Made by a program: the position numbers and the translations under genes. This document shows positions 25,601 to 38,453 of a stretch of DNA of 64,000 nucleotides, in pieces. The DNA comes from Lenisia limosa (taxonomy: Eukaryota; Protista; Breviatea). Each line of letters opens with the position of its first letter. Position 1 is the stretch's first letter. The notes below the pieces were generated by a model. The model was not told the DNA's origin, searched no databases, and saw nothing but the letters and a program-made list of their open reading frames with translations. The stretch is taken from assembly GCA_001655205.1 (NCBI GenBank), contig LPNZ01005888.1:1-64000 (forward strand), given 5' to 3'.

Positions 25601-27832
25601 AAGGTGGGACTAAGCCCTGAGCCATTATTTTGATCCCGCTTTCACCTCTCAGGCCTTGACCAAACTCGTGGATGGTTTTACACCCTCATGGTTCTCTCTA
25701 CAGCTCTCTTCGATAAACCTGCATTCAAGAACCTTGTTGTGAACGGACTTGGTAAGGACTATTTCCTTCTTTCACTGTATAGTTCTGGCCGAGGATGGAA
25801 AGAAGATGTCAAAGCGTCTCAAGAACTACCCCGATCCCAACACTGTGATCAACTCCCATGGTGCTGATGCCCTTCGTCTCTACCTCATCAACTCACCTGT
25901 TGTGCGTGCTGAGAGTCTTCGCTTCAAGGAGGCTGGTGTCAAGGATGTTGTCAAGGATGTTTTCCTCCCCTGGTTTGTTGGGTCACAGCAAAGCCCATAT
26001 TGACGTTCTAGGACCAATGCCTACCGCTTCTTCATCCAAAACACGACGCGCTACGAGTCTGTTACTGGCAGCAAGTTTGTCCCTGATATGGTGCGTTCCT
26101 TCTCGTGCTTATTTTTAGGCTATTGCTGAAGCCTCTACCAACGCAATGGACAAGTGGATTCTCGCCTCTTGCCAGTCTCTCATTGAGTACGTCAGAACCG
26201 AGATGAAGGCGTACAGAGTACGCATTGGGCCGAAGATTTCCTGCACTGCCATGTTCACCTTGTAGCTTTACACAGTTATCCCCCGGCTCGTGGAGTTCAT
26301 TGAAGAGCTGACCAACTGGTACGTTCGCTTGAACCGCCCTCGTCTCAAGGCCAAGAACGGAGAAGATGACTGCCACTTCGCTCTTCAGAGCTTCTACGGT
26401 TCGGATTCTACCATAGTTTCAATCGCGCGCGTGTTTCTTCTCACACCCTAGGCGTACTCCTTGCCCTCTGCAAGTTGATGTCTCCTTTCACCCCCTTCCT
26501 TACCGAGTACATGTACACCAACCTCTCTCGTGCCCTCCCTGAGGGCCACCCCGACAAGGCTGAAAGGTACTATCTAGCTAAAGTTATCTTTCCCACCTTT
26601 TAGTGTTCACTACCTTGAGCTCCCCGAGACCCTCGTGTCTTCTGTTGACACCAACATCCTCAGACAAGTAAAGTTGGCAGGTTTTTTTTGTATCTTGTGG
26701 TGTTGTGTCCCTGAACCAGCTGACCCTCAGGAACATGCAGGACGTCATTGTAATGGGTCGCTCCATCCGTGAAAAGGTCAAGATCTTCAATAAGCAGGTG
26801 AGATGGCATGCCTTACTTCTTTCAAAGCCAAAACGCTTGACGATTCAGCCACTCCGTGAAATCATCATCGTGCATCATGACGACACTTTCATTGCTGATG
26901 TTGAGAGCCTTGCTGGTTATATCACTTCGTAAGTCCAGCCTTATCATTTTTGGTTTGACAACTCAGTGAATTAACTGTTAAAACTATCACTGTCACTAAA
27001 GAAGAAGGCAAGTACGTTTCCCTCCAAGCTGTTCCCGATAACAGAGTAAGCACTAAGGCTTAACATTGCAATTACCCTTGCTGCAGTCAATGACTAACTT
27101 TTAGGCCCTTGGTCGCCGTCTTGGCAAGGCGTTCCGCAAGGTCGGCAAGGCAATCCGCGAGCTTACTCCTGAACTGGTAGGTCTCTGCAATTGGCTTTAC
27201 CTTCGCTGGACTATGGATTATCGTTAACACACAGGTTTGCAAGCTTCGTGATGAGGGAAGCCTTGAGATTGAAGGTGAAAACGTGTCTCAGGATGAGGTT
27301 GAGCTTGTTCGTCAGTTCAATGGAGACGCCAAAAAATTCTCCTCTCTTACCCAAGGTCCCCTTCTTGTCATCCTCAATATTGAGAAGGTTTGTGCTTTGT
27401 TGCTTGATCACTCCTCATTGTGCACATAATGATTCTCTCTCACACATTCTTCAGGATGAGAAGCTCATGGAAGAGGCCACGGTTCGTGAGGTCATGAACC
27501 GCATCCAACGTCTGCGCAAGAAGGCCGAGGTCAAGCCGACCGACAGCATCAACATCTACTTCAAGGCTGACAAGGCTCTGACTGGTGTCATCACCCGCAA
27601 CCTTGAGGAGATTGTCGCTACTATTGGCATGCCCGTTATTGACGACCAGAACACCAGAGATGGAAAGGTTTGTATCCTGTAGAATATATGGGATCTGATG
27701 TCTTCAGGACCATGAAGGCAAGGTATGAATGCTAAGATGATAGTTTTTTTCTTTCTCACTCCGTAGGACCACACGAGTGAGGAAACCGATGTTGATGGCG
27801 CGAAGTTGGCTCTCACTATCACCATGCTCTAA
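22608..27832 (+). CDS. IARS1: Cytosolic isoleucyl-tRNA synthetase, more than 30 short introns
   Basis: [74 protein letters not shown] and [10 protein letters not shown]; all introns I checked are GT-AG. Confidence 0.99.
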
Positions 27833-28211
27833 ACCCTGGTTCTATATTCATGCTTTTATATTGTCTCCCAGTTTGTTTGTCGGGAAACTGTTCACACGAT
27901 CCATGGAAGATTGTTTTTGTTAAGGGAAGTCCGGTTCGGTCGGGGGCTTGGAAAAAAAAAAAAAAAAAAAAAANNNNNNNNNNNNNNNNNNNNNNNNNNN
28001 NNNNNNNNNNNNNNNNNNNNNNNNNNNNNNNNNNNNNNNNNNNNNNNTTTCACTTGGACAGTTTGACAGTCATCTCAGACAAATTAGTAAATTGTGATAG
28101 CAATATAAGTCCCAGCTCCAATCCAAACGTCCTTTCATTGACCAAAGTGTGATTGAAAAATAAGATATGTAGTCAAGCTGAGAAAGAGAAGAGAAGCCCA
28201 ATTGGGGCAAT

Positions 28212-29882
28212 ATGGAGGACAAACTCGACGGAAGACTCGTTCAAGATCGCTATGAAGTGAAGAGCCTCCTTGGAAACGGCTCCTTTGGTGTAATTCATGA
28301 AGGATTTGACAGAATTACTCGCCAGCCGGTTGCTTTAAAGTTTGAAAACTCATCAGGAAGGCATCTACAGCTTTCAAATGAACGAAATGTTTTCAAAAAG
28401 ATGGATCAAACAGGTGAGTTCAACCTTCCCCTTGCTGTCCTCCTACCTAATTAGAATAGATGTTAATAAATGTGACAATTGTAGTGGGATTTCCAAAGAT
28501 GGTAGCCTTTGACTCTCTCGGCAAGTATAATGTGCTTGTGATGACGAAACTCGGACCCTCGCTCGAGGACTTGTTCGATGGATGCAAACGAAAGTTCACC
28601 CTCAAGACTGTCTGTCAAATAGGCATCCAGATGGTAGGCTCATGGTTGGACGTTATTTCAGTATTCTATCAAACTTTTCTGCCATGGTTTGGATATCTGC
28701 TCCCAATAAGTAGACTTGATGGTTTCAAATCAATAGCGTTGACATATTAGATGGAGAGACTACAGGCGATGCATGAGCAAGGAATTCTTCATCGAGATGT
28801 CAAGCCCGATAACTTCTTAGTCAACCTCCAAAACCCTTCCCTAATCTACATCATTGACTTTGGTCTTGGTGAGAGGGTTATTCTTTCTTAATCTCTTTAT
28901 ATTTCTATTTTTATAGATGAAGCCTCGGCGAGTGTTAGTTTTGGGGTTATATTCTCCGTTATGCTTTCTCATTTTCAAAAAAACTAATTAGATAGTTTTT
29001 GTCGTCAGGTTTTTGTCTAGTTTTAGCGTTGGTTGGTCGTGTTTGTTATTGCTTGTTTTTGTTTTTGTTTGGTTCAAGTTTCAGACTATTCGGTTCGTGA
29101 TTAGTATCTTTTGCAAATATTCTTCATCGAAATTTCCCTCGTATTACTCCCCNNNNNNNNNNNNNNNNNNNNNNNNNNNNNNNNNNNNNNNNNNNNNNNN
29201 NNNNNNNNNNNNNNNNNNNNNNNNNNNNNNNNNNNNNNNNNNNNNNNNNNNNTTCATGTCATCATCCGGACATATCCTCTACCGAGAAGATAAAAGTCTC
29301 ACCGGCACTGCGCGTTACGCTTCAATTGCCACCCATATCGGTCTTGGTGAGCAAATCAAATACTTTAGCTTCTTTTTTACCTCTCTATAATGCAGTGTCT
29401 ATTGTCTTCTTTATTATCTGTGTTGTCACACTTTAAGAGCAATCACGAAGAGACGATCTTGAAGCCATGATATATGTCTTGCTGTACTTCTTGAGAGGCA
29501 GATTGCCTTGGCAGGTAAGGTTCTTGGAAAATGGTGTTCTAAGTCTCTCATATCAGTGCTTATTATTCATGTTTATAGGGTCTTCAAGCCAGTAATAAAG
29601 CAGAGAAGTACGAGAAGATCAAGAATTGCAAAGTGAGCTTGTACTTATCAATTAGTTACCTCACACATTTGCAGCTACTCATCATCTTAGATTCTGCACC
29701 AAACGAATTCCCTTTGTGCCGGGCAACCAATTCAGTTCACTCTCATGGTCGACTATATTAGGAGCTTGGAGTTCACAGAAACTCCAGATTACCGAAAATT
29801 GATCAATCTTTTCCAAGATATTGGTCATGATATGGGTTTTACTTTTAATGGGGTCATGGATTGGCAGTTAGTCCAAAACTAA
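28212..29882 (+). CDS. CK1: Casein kinase 1 family Ser/Thr kinase; 2-3 codons fall in the gap at 29153-29252
   Basis: [57 protein letters not shown] and LPWQGL; ends right after the kinase domain. Confidence 0.97.
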
Positions 29883-30395
29883 TGTGGGCGTTGTGTTGTT
29901 CTTTTTCACTTTTCTTTCTTCCTACTTCGATTGTAATGTAGATGGTTCATGTATTCTATTTCTGATGAGCAGTGGGGCAGCAAGGAGGTGACAGTGGGGT
30001 GACACTGACTGAAGATCTAGTAGTTTGGTGCTGATTTGGTGGAGCTTGGCGTTATGATTTTTCAAATCAACCTCAATTTTCGGGTTGCATCCACTCATTT
30101 TGGTTATTTAACTAGAATTTAACTAAAATAATTAATGATGTCGGTAACAGTTGTCTTTTGGATAAGCTCAGTTCGAGTCACGGAAGAGGCATTTTTCTAT
30201 TTGTTTCGCCTTTTGCGTTCTTTTGCGTACCTTCTAGTCTTGCAGCGTCTTGCGGCTTGCCATCGGATTTCAGTTTTTTTCAGAGTTTTAGATATAGACA
30301 TTATTGAGACATTATTATAATAACGGGATAGGGAAAGGGGAGAGGTCTGGGAGAGGTACAAAAGAGATTGAGAAGAAGACAACAACCAACTATAA

Positions 30396-31838
30396 ATGAC
30401 TTACAAGAACCTCCACCCGCTGGAAGATTCCCCTTTACAAGTTTGACTGCAAAATGAGATCACCTTTGTTATATATCGCTTTCCCCCATCATTCATCTTT
30501 TTAGCCTGTCGTGACTCACTCTCCTGGCTGGCTGAAAACCCTTGTTTCTCTGAATATACTCATTCTTTTGATTTTTTTGGCTGGTAAGTGGTGGTAATTA
30601 CTGAAACTTGGTGTTTCAATAACAGTTCAGGAGTTGTTATCACATTTGTGCACCCACCTTGGGACCACGAGGAGCAATGTGCAGGCTTAGAGGACCAAGT
30701 GCTTCACCTTCAAGAGCAGATGAGAGAGGCTTCTGCCCTTTTGAACATGACCACTGATAGTGTGTCATCTTTAAAGAAGACTGTTGTTCAAGACAATTCG
30801 GTGCGTTGGAGGGGCAGCATTATGACGGGAGCATGGCTGACCTTCCAGCGACCTCAACCCCCTGCGGAGCTATCGTGTGTGCAGCTGCGAGACTGGCTCC
30901 GAACACAGTGGTTCGTTGGCCGACATACCTCCTTGGGATATACTGAGGCAAGGTATGGGTGACTTGTGCGCAACTTTTGATTGTAACTCTTTAGACATCA
31001 ACTCTACTCCTTCATTGACAATGAGAATAACCAAGTTTGTTGGGATGATTGAACCTCAACTTTTGCTTTGGTTGTTATTCCCTTAGATTGAAGGTGTTTA
31101 TTCAGGATACATAAGGAGACTCTCTTTTGGTGAAGAAAAATGCTGTTCTAATGTAATGCCTATCAATTTGGAACACACTGTTCCCGTATGTTGAAGAGTG
31201 TTCGAGTAGGACTGACATTATAGCAATCTTTCTTTGGCAAAAAAGAACCTATGGTGTCAGATATGTTCCATATGTTTCCTTCATATTCCAAGGCAAATGG
31301 AAAGCGCTCAGACCATCCATTTGCAGGTTTGTGAACTATTTTTATGACATGCAATGTAGAGATCAGCACTTCCAATGTGACCGTTTACCTCAGTGATGAT
31401 GACATTGATATCCCTCCTAGTAATGTAACAGAGGATGAAAGATGGATGTATAGGTTGGAGTTTGGAGTTACACAGGACAGTTCTCACGAAATAGTGCCTA
31501 TGATTCCGTTAACAGGGTTTTTGAACCTCGCTATGTCCACAAAGGCAATGTGGCTCGCTCAGTTCTCTACTTCTACACTGTCTACCCCGACTATGACGTA
31601 GGCTATGAGCTGAGTTTAATTATAACGACTAGATTACAGAAGTTGCTGAAGTGGATCTTTTGCTGAGATGGGCACTGATGGACCAAGTCGACTCCAAAGA
31701 AAGAACCAGGAACGATTTGATTGAATCCGTGCAAGGTGGGATATTATTGGGCTCTTTGTTAATTTCTTAGGCAACCGTAACTTCTTTGTTGACTTTCCAC
31801 AATGGGCAAAGAGGGCTTGGGAGTGTGAAGTTAGATGA
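30396..31838 (+). CDS. Type II membrane-anchored Endonuclease I (EndA/Vvn/Bsn-like His-Me finger nuclease)
   Basis: N-terminal TM segment and coiled coil, then NLEHTVPQSFFG, SDMFHMFPSYSKANGKRSDHPF, FEPRYVHKGNVARSVLYF and ERTRNDLIESVQGNRNFFVDFP. Confidence 0.9.
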
Positions 31839-31976
31839 CATGTCTATTTTTCACGAAAAATGGCCACCATCTTAAAGAGATAATTATGTTTGCTAATGCA
31901 AGAATCCTGATGGTACTGTTTGGTAACCTAAATATATTACAGAGAAATGTCAAAATGTGAAAACAGGGTGAAATAA

Positions 31977-34900
31977 TTAGGGGCGAAGGGACTTTCTTGC
32001 TTTCTGGAGAATGTCTTTTTGTATTTTGGGATAATCAGGATTGTTTTTGAGGACCTATTCCATGAATAAAAGGTTCAAAGTTATTAGCAAGAGCATTATA
32101 GACGTACCGTGTGTGCAATATCAATTGCCTCAACGTAGCGTTTAGCCTTGAGATAATTGAACGCAAGCTCGTATCCAACTTTAGGATTTCTTTCACCTAC
32201 AGCATAAAACAATATGAAGAAAGGACTCACCTTGAAGTACCCAAGCCTGTTGATAGTGTTCTGCAGCAGTCTGATATGTTTGTTCCTTCTCCATCATTCT
32301 GCCGAGAAGCTCATGAGCCTAAACGGTAAATACGTCGACACTTCATCTCAAACCTTTCCACAGCTCTTGTTGTGCTCCAGACATTTCTTGCAGAGCTCAG
32401 TTGCTTGACTGTACTTACCAGACTAGATTCGTGAGTAGATACATGCAGAAAAAATACCTGGAAATACACATGCGCAAGGGTAAGCCAGGAGCCTTCAAAA
32501 GCATCAGCCTCAATGGCGTTGAACTGAAGTTTGGCAACTCGCTTCAGCTGGTTACGAGCCTTCGGGGTCTGTTTCAAGAACAAATGCGCAACTGCCAGTG
32601 CTAAAGAGTGAACTTCGATGTACTCAATAAATGGCAAACCAAGGATAGCAGGAACACAGTCCCTCTCCACGGCCAGTAGTCCAACAAGAAGATTGATCGC
32701 TAAATAATTAAAAAAAAGGTTCAATAATCCAAACCCTTATCGGTAATTTGCTTGTTCCTTTTCAGCATCATAGTATACGCCTCAAGGATTTGAACGCGGA
32801 CAGTTCTCCTTGTTTGCTGCGGTAAATCCTGTGGATGTTGTTGGAAGAGCATTTTTAATCATTAAAGTTCACGTAACTTGGTAACTTTAAGAACCCTCTC
32901 GTCACCCCTTACGAAGATGAGCTTCTCAGCTTGCCTCAAAGAGTTCAATGACGTCTCCTACAAAATGAGCATCTCTGAGACACATATACTTTGTATATCA
33001 TAGAGTAGACTCTAGGTTGCTCAAGAGTGGTTTTAGGCCCATAATCTGTGTATTAATGTATTTGCATGAAATATTGAAGTGTTATGAATGTGGTGTTTTA
33101 CATGTATATTGATCTGTGCTTTTTAATAAAACCCTGTATAAAGGAGTGTTGTGGGCGATATTTACAAAAAAATGTGAAAGAGGCGTAAATAAGGAACGTA
33201 TTGGCTCAAAAAAACTGAAAGCCTCCTTTTTTGTTCGCGGTTTTAACCATACAGTATATTATAGTAGAGCTATATATTTCAACATTTTAAGTTCAACACT
33301 TACATCATCCATTTTTGACTCCCAAAGGTACTCATTGTCTGGATTGATGTATACTTCAATCATCTCTAATGTGGCTTTCTCTCCCCATTCGGGGTCTGAA
33401 AAGTAAAAATAGGAAAATAACCTATTTTGAGAAGTATAATTCTTCCCTTCCAACCCTTCCTTGCAATATTGAACTCCTTCACCGCTTTAATAGGGTCCAT
33501 GGTGAACCTTGCATAAAGACCCTTGCAGAACGCCAATCCAGCGCTCTGAGCATGTTTCGAGAGGTGGGTCGCCATTTCAAGGAATCGCGGAGCATCAGAT
33601 AGCTTCCCTTGAAAGTCATTGTGATTTTGGCCTGAGAAACATACCAGCCTTCTTGAGAAGTATAATTAGGCGATAAAGAGATAAGTAGTGGTCAGGTCGC
33701 TTTTCAAGGAGTTGTTGGAAGTGGAACGTGGCCGCGTCAAACTCGTTTCGCTGGAACTTAATGTCCGCGCTAGACGATCATCAAGAGAACTGTTTTTCCT
33801 CACAGCATGATGGCAGCATCCTCGTTTGATGGGTCGAGACGAAGAAGAACACTACAGTGTTGTTGGCAGCCATCAAAGTCAAGTCTGGAGAGGAACACAC
33901 GCGCCAATTGCAGAACAGCCTTAGAGGTGAGCTCTTCAATGGCGAAGGTGAAAACGAACCTTCGCGTTGCCTTCATCCCATTGTAGTGACATTTTGTACA
34001 TTTCTAAGGCCTTGTCGTGACTTCCGAGTGCCTAGGCAATTAGAGCAGGCTTTGACATACAGTGTACTTATCTCCAAGGTCGAAACAGATGGAAGCAGCA
34101 AGCGAACTTTCAGCTCTCATTTGCTCAGGCTCTTCCGCCTAGAGGGTGACAAAGTCTGGCCTTGTAGGATTTATCCAGTTATCTCCAACATACCTTGACA
34201 CGATGTACAACATTAGCTTGAAGGTCGCGGGCGTCTCCACGTGCTTTCAGTCCATCCGATGCCTTGATTGTTAGTAAGCAAACAGAAGCCCAACTTGGCC
34301 ATTCGCTTCATGAACACGAGCAAGAAGAAGAAGCGCTCGAACATCGGCCTTCATTGTGGGAAGAGCTAAAGTGTTAACTGGCAACAAAGAACTTACGATG
34401 AGCCTCATCTTGTGCATGGCTGAGAGCTTCATCAAGAACTGCCTTGGCTCGGTCGACCTGAGCTTGAGTCTTGTCATAAGTATTTCCCACTTTCTTGAGC
34501 TTGAGATAGAGGGTTGCAAGTTGCCTCAAGAGATCTGGGTTAGTAGGGTCATTGGCAACAGCATCTTCGTGATACTGCACGGCTCGAGAGTAGTCATGAG
34601 TAAGGGTCAAAGCTGACCCAATCTACACCATAAGCCTCAAGATTGTTCTCCAACCTTCAGAGCAAGGGAAGTGTCCTTGGGAGACTTCTTATGCGCCGAT
34701 TCAAAGACGGTTACTGCTTTTTCGGGCTCATGAATTGCCAGATACGCCTCACCTGACCAATAAGCCAACATAAGGTGACCAACCTAGCAGGAGAAGAGCG
34801 TGTACAGACGGCTGCGCCTGGACAACTTCCTTGTAGCACTACGGATGAGACTCTATAATGGACATACCTGAGCATAGAGGGCTTTATTGTGTCTTTTTTC

Positions 34901-37900
34901 AAGGTAAATGTCTGCCAGCACAGTGTGTGCTAACACAAAGTGTGGGCGATCTGATGAAATTTCCTGGGGGTGTCAAACGAGTATGATAATAAACAATATA
35001 CTATAACCTCAAACCTTGAGCATTTTGATAGCCGAGTCCACGTCTCCTTGCGCCAAATGCAGCTGTGCCTCTGCAACTTCAATTCGGTCGAGGTCAGGGG
35101 AACTGGCAAACTCGGACCTTCCATCCTGAAGAGTCATTGCCGCTTCGGGATATTGGTTGCAAGCGATCTGGCAGCGCGCGAGAGCCAGGAACACTGCCAC
35201 ACGAAGATGGGGTAGAATGATACCAATGGCGCGTGCTCTTTTCGATGACATGTTAGCTACATGTGTAAGGCTAACTGCCTGATAAAGTGCTACCTTGGCG
35301 CTTGACCCCAGGTAACGACATGGCTCCAGTGATGGTCTTGAGAGCCTCCTCGTTTTCACCGGATTGCGACTGGATTTTCGACTACATGATGAGACCCACC
35401 CTTGGAAAGTTCAATAACTTACTTTGATAAGGAAGTAAGAAGGACTTTCACGAACAGAGAAATTGTGAGACAACCCCCTAAATGGTCAAATCAACCAGCA
35501 ACTCAAGAGTCCAAAGAAACTGAGGAAGAACACACCTATCCAGGCTCTGAGATGCAACTCGATAGTCCCCGCGACTACATGCAATTTCAGCCATCAGTAA
35601 ATGCCCCTATATGGTAAGTCTCCGCTGAAATTCGGCTTACATCAGCGACCGTGGGGTTGAGTCGAAGAGCTTGTCGACAAGTAGCTTCGGCAACCTCCGA
35701 TGAATTCAGGAGGTACTTGGTTCGTGCAAGAGCCAGAAGTCCGCTGTTTCGTTATAATGGAAAATTAGCTCAATCAACAAAACCCCAAATACTCCAAATG
35801 GCCTGGAACATGTTTACAGACGATTTCTAAAAGACGCACGGCTCTTCGAAGGGATGGCGGAGGTGGTTGGGCTAAAACGTCAAGGTTTCTTTATGTTCCC
35901 GAGTTTTGAATTAGCTTCTGAGCAAGCTTACATTCACCAAGGGGTTCAGGCGAGCAATGGGAAAGATATTGGCTTGCAATGTTGAGAAGGAAGGGGGGGT
36001 CAAAATGGTAGAAGAAGTCAGGTCCAAGGGGAAGACCATCAATGATAGTAAGATGGGATTTGATAGCGTCATTGAGAAGCTTGAAGGACCTAGAAACATT
36101 AAGATCAAAAGATCACTAGCACAACTAACTTTTCAAGATCTCCATCACGATGCCACCGGAGAATAGCCGTCAGATATAGAAGCCGGGGCGTTTTACCTGT
36201 GGGGTCAATGGGAATGTGGTACAGAAAACATATATTTGGATTGATGATTCACTGAAAGGACGGTTTGCATCCCACCCATGGCAGAAAGAGTTTCGTTTAA
36301 GAATTCGACTTGCTCCTCAGCATCTTTCCATTGACATAATTTGATCTGACACTCCACAGATCCTAAACTGGTGAGCACACAGTTATGATGGAGAAGAAGG
36401 AGTTGGCGGCCAGTTATGATGGAGAAGAAGGAGTTGGCGGCCAACCACAAAGGGCAGACGCTCGACTTTCGTCATGCTCAAGGGAGAGGGAAAATGCTTT
36501 TTGAGCTCCAGTGTAGTCAGCTAAAAGGTCAACAGTGTAAAGACAAATATATGCCCAACCGTTAAGCATCAATTGGAAACCCCATTCCTCGAGAATGTCA
36601 GGGTTATTGGGCTCAATCTTTCTTGCTCGGTCAATCATAGCTAAGGTCTGTTGTAGTACCCTGAAGCATAAGTATTGGGTAAAAAGACAAACGCTTGGTT
36701 TGAAGTAGCAAGTCTTGATATAGATCGGCACATTGAGAGGAATAGCTTCGCATTTCGTGGCTCAAAACGCTCCATAGCCTGATGTTCGTAACTTTAACCG
36801 GGCGAAGATAAAAAAAAACTGTATCCCACTTGTAAAAGATCAGAACACCGCGTTGCTGCACCTGTAACGGAACCTTCACGCGCCAAAAGATGAACAGTCA
36901 GAAGCTTCAACGCTGCCAAGTTGTGTCCGTCCTAATCCATCAGCAACATCGGCCAGCTCACCAGTCCCAGTGTGCTCTGTGCTGCTTCCACTGCTCCATC
37001 AAAATCATGGGCTGCAGTCAGAAGACGAGCACGCTCAACATAGCTTCCAGCAAACTCCGGATGATCCACGATAACTACAGGATTAACAACGAATACCGGC
37101 AACAAATACATATTCTCCCATGACAGACTTTCAGCAACAATATTAAGAGCCTGGTTGATTTCACCTCGGTCCTCGAGCCATTTTACGTGTCCTAAGTGTC
37201 CCTAAAACGTTGACTCTTCATGACAATGAAACAAAGAAGAATGCTCTCTTAACTACCTCCCCCCTCCCCAAAAGACCAACTAGTAAATTATCAGTATTGT
37301 GTCCAGGAGCTGGGAAAAGAGACCTGGATCTTTCGGCAAGAATTTGTCTGTATTATGAGTGGAAAGATCTTTACGTTGGCACTGGATCTCTCAACAAACC
37401 GTGAAGAAGTCAGGTCAATCCATCCAAGAATGGTTTTGGCATCACTGTTATCAGGGTTCTCATCAATGACCTTTTGGATGATTCGCCGTCCCAAATCATG
37501 ACGCCCAACACACCAGTAAAACGCAGCAGCCTGTACTGGTAAGACAAACGAAAGAAATAGCCACCTGAGTAAGGCAGTTTTCGGTGGCTTTGCCCTCCTT
37601 CTCTGCAATCATTGACTTCAAAGTGTTGATTGCTTCCTCATCTATTGGTTACTTTTGCACCAACTAAATGTTTCACATACCGACTAAATCTGCCTGTTGA
37701 TGAGCGTACATCATTGCATGCATACAAGCAACATCCACGTCTCTAGTAACATAAAAATCAAATTGCATTTTCAGAAAACCTTCCCCAAAAAAAACGTTGT
37801 GGAAACATACCGCTTTGTTCTCAAAATATTGAATTCTCTGATTGCATCTTCCCTCAAGTTTTCCATCAACATAGCTGCTGCTTTCCAGAAAGATAACGTA

Positions 37901-38096
37901 CTATCCACACCCTGTCTACTAATGCTGTCCGTGCACAGCATTTGAACATGCCTCCACAAGCCATGGTGCATATAGTAGTACACAATCTGCAAGGGGGTCA
38001 GTAACAACAATAAACCACTAAAAAAGAAATTAAAAACAATAAGCAAAGAGAAGAGCCCAAGAAGCTTACATAGAGCGTTTTACTTGGCCCTCCCAT
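31977..38096 (-). CDS. TTC21B: Intraflagellar transport protein 139 (TPR protein of the IFT-A complex)
   Basis: IVYYYMHHG..., FCKGLY..., [36 protein letters not shown] and C-terminal [22 protein letters not shown]...[18 protein letters not shown]. Confidence 0.97.
36380..36442. repeat. Perfect 31-bp tandem duplication in an IFT139 intron
   Basis: agttatgatggagaagaaggagttggcggcc occurs twice in tandem. Confidence 0.95.
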
Positions 38097-38453
38097 TGTG
38101 AAGTGCTTGGGAACTTAGCTTCCTATTTCCCGTATTTCCTTCAAACAATCAAATTATTTTATATAGTAGTATTCGGCGTGATGGCGCGTTTTGGGGGTGG
38201 TTATAAATACTGCGTCACGTAGACGCGCAAAGACTTTGGTGACAAGAATTGGTGGAAACGTGGAAACGATTCATTGGAACATTAGAACATTAGTAGTGGT
38301 GCAGGTGGTGTAGTTGTTGAGATATTTGTAGCAATTTTTTGATTTAGAGTCCTTATATTCTTATATTTCTAGTAGACAATGTTACTATTTTGGTTGGATT
38401 TGCTCTAATACTTTCTAAATCTTGTCGCGATTTCTTCCTTATTTGAAAAAAGA

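Noticed and set aside
27930-27973. 22-nt poly(A) before a gap, as a retroelement tail
   Set aside because: No element body or target-site duplication is visible, and the other side is a gap.
22608-38096. Possible alternative genetic code or stop readthrough suggested by fragmented ORFs
   Set aside because: IleRS, CK1, HINT, the endonuclease and the IFT139 exons I checked splice into stop-free frames with the standard code.
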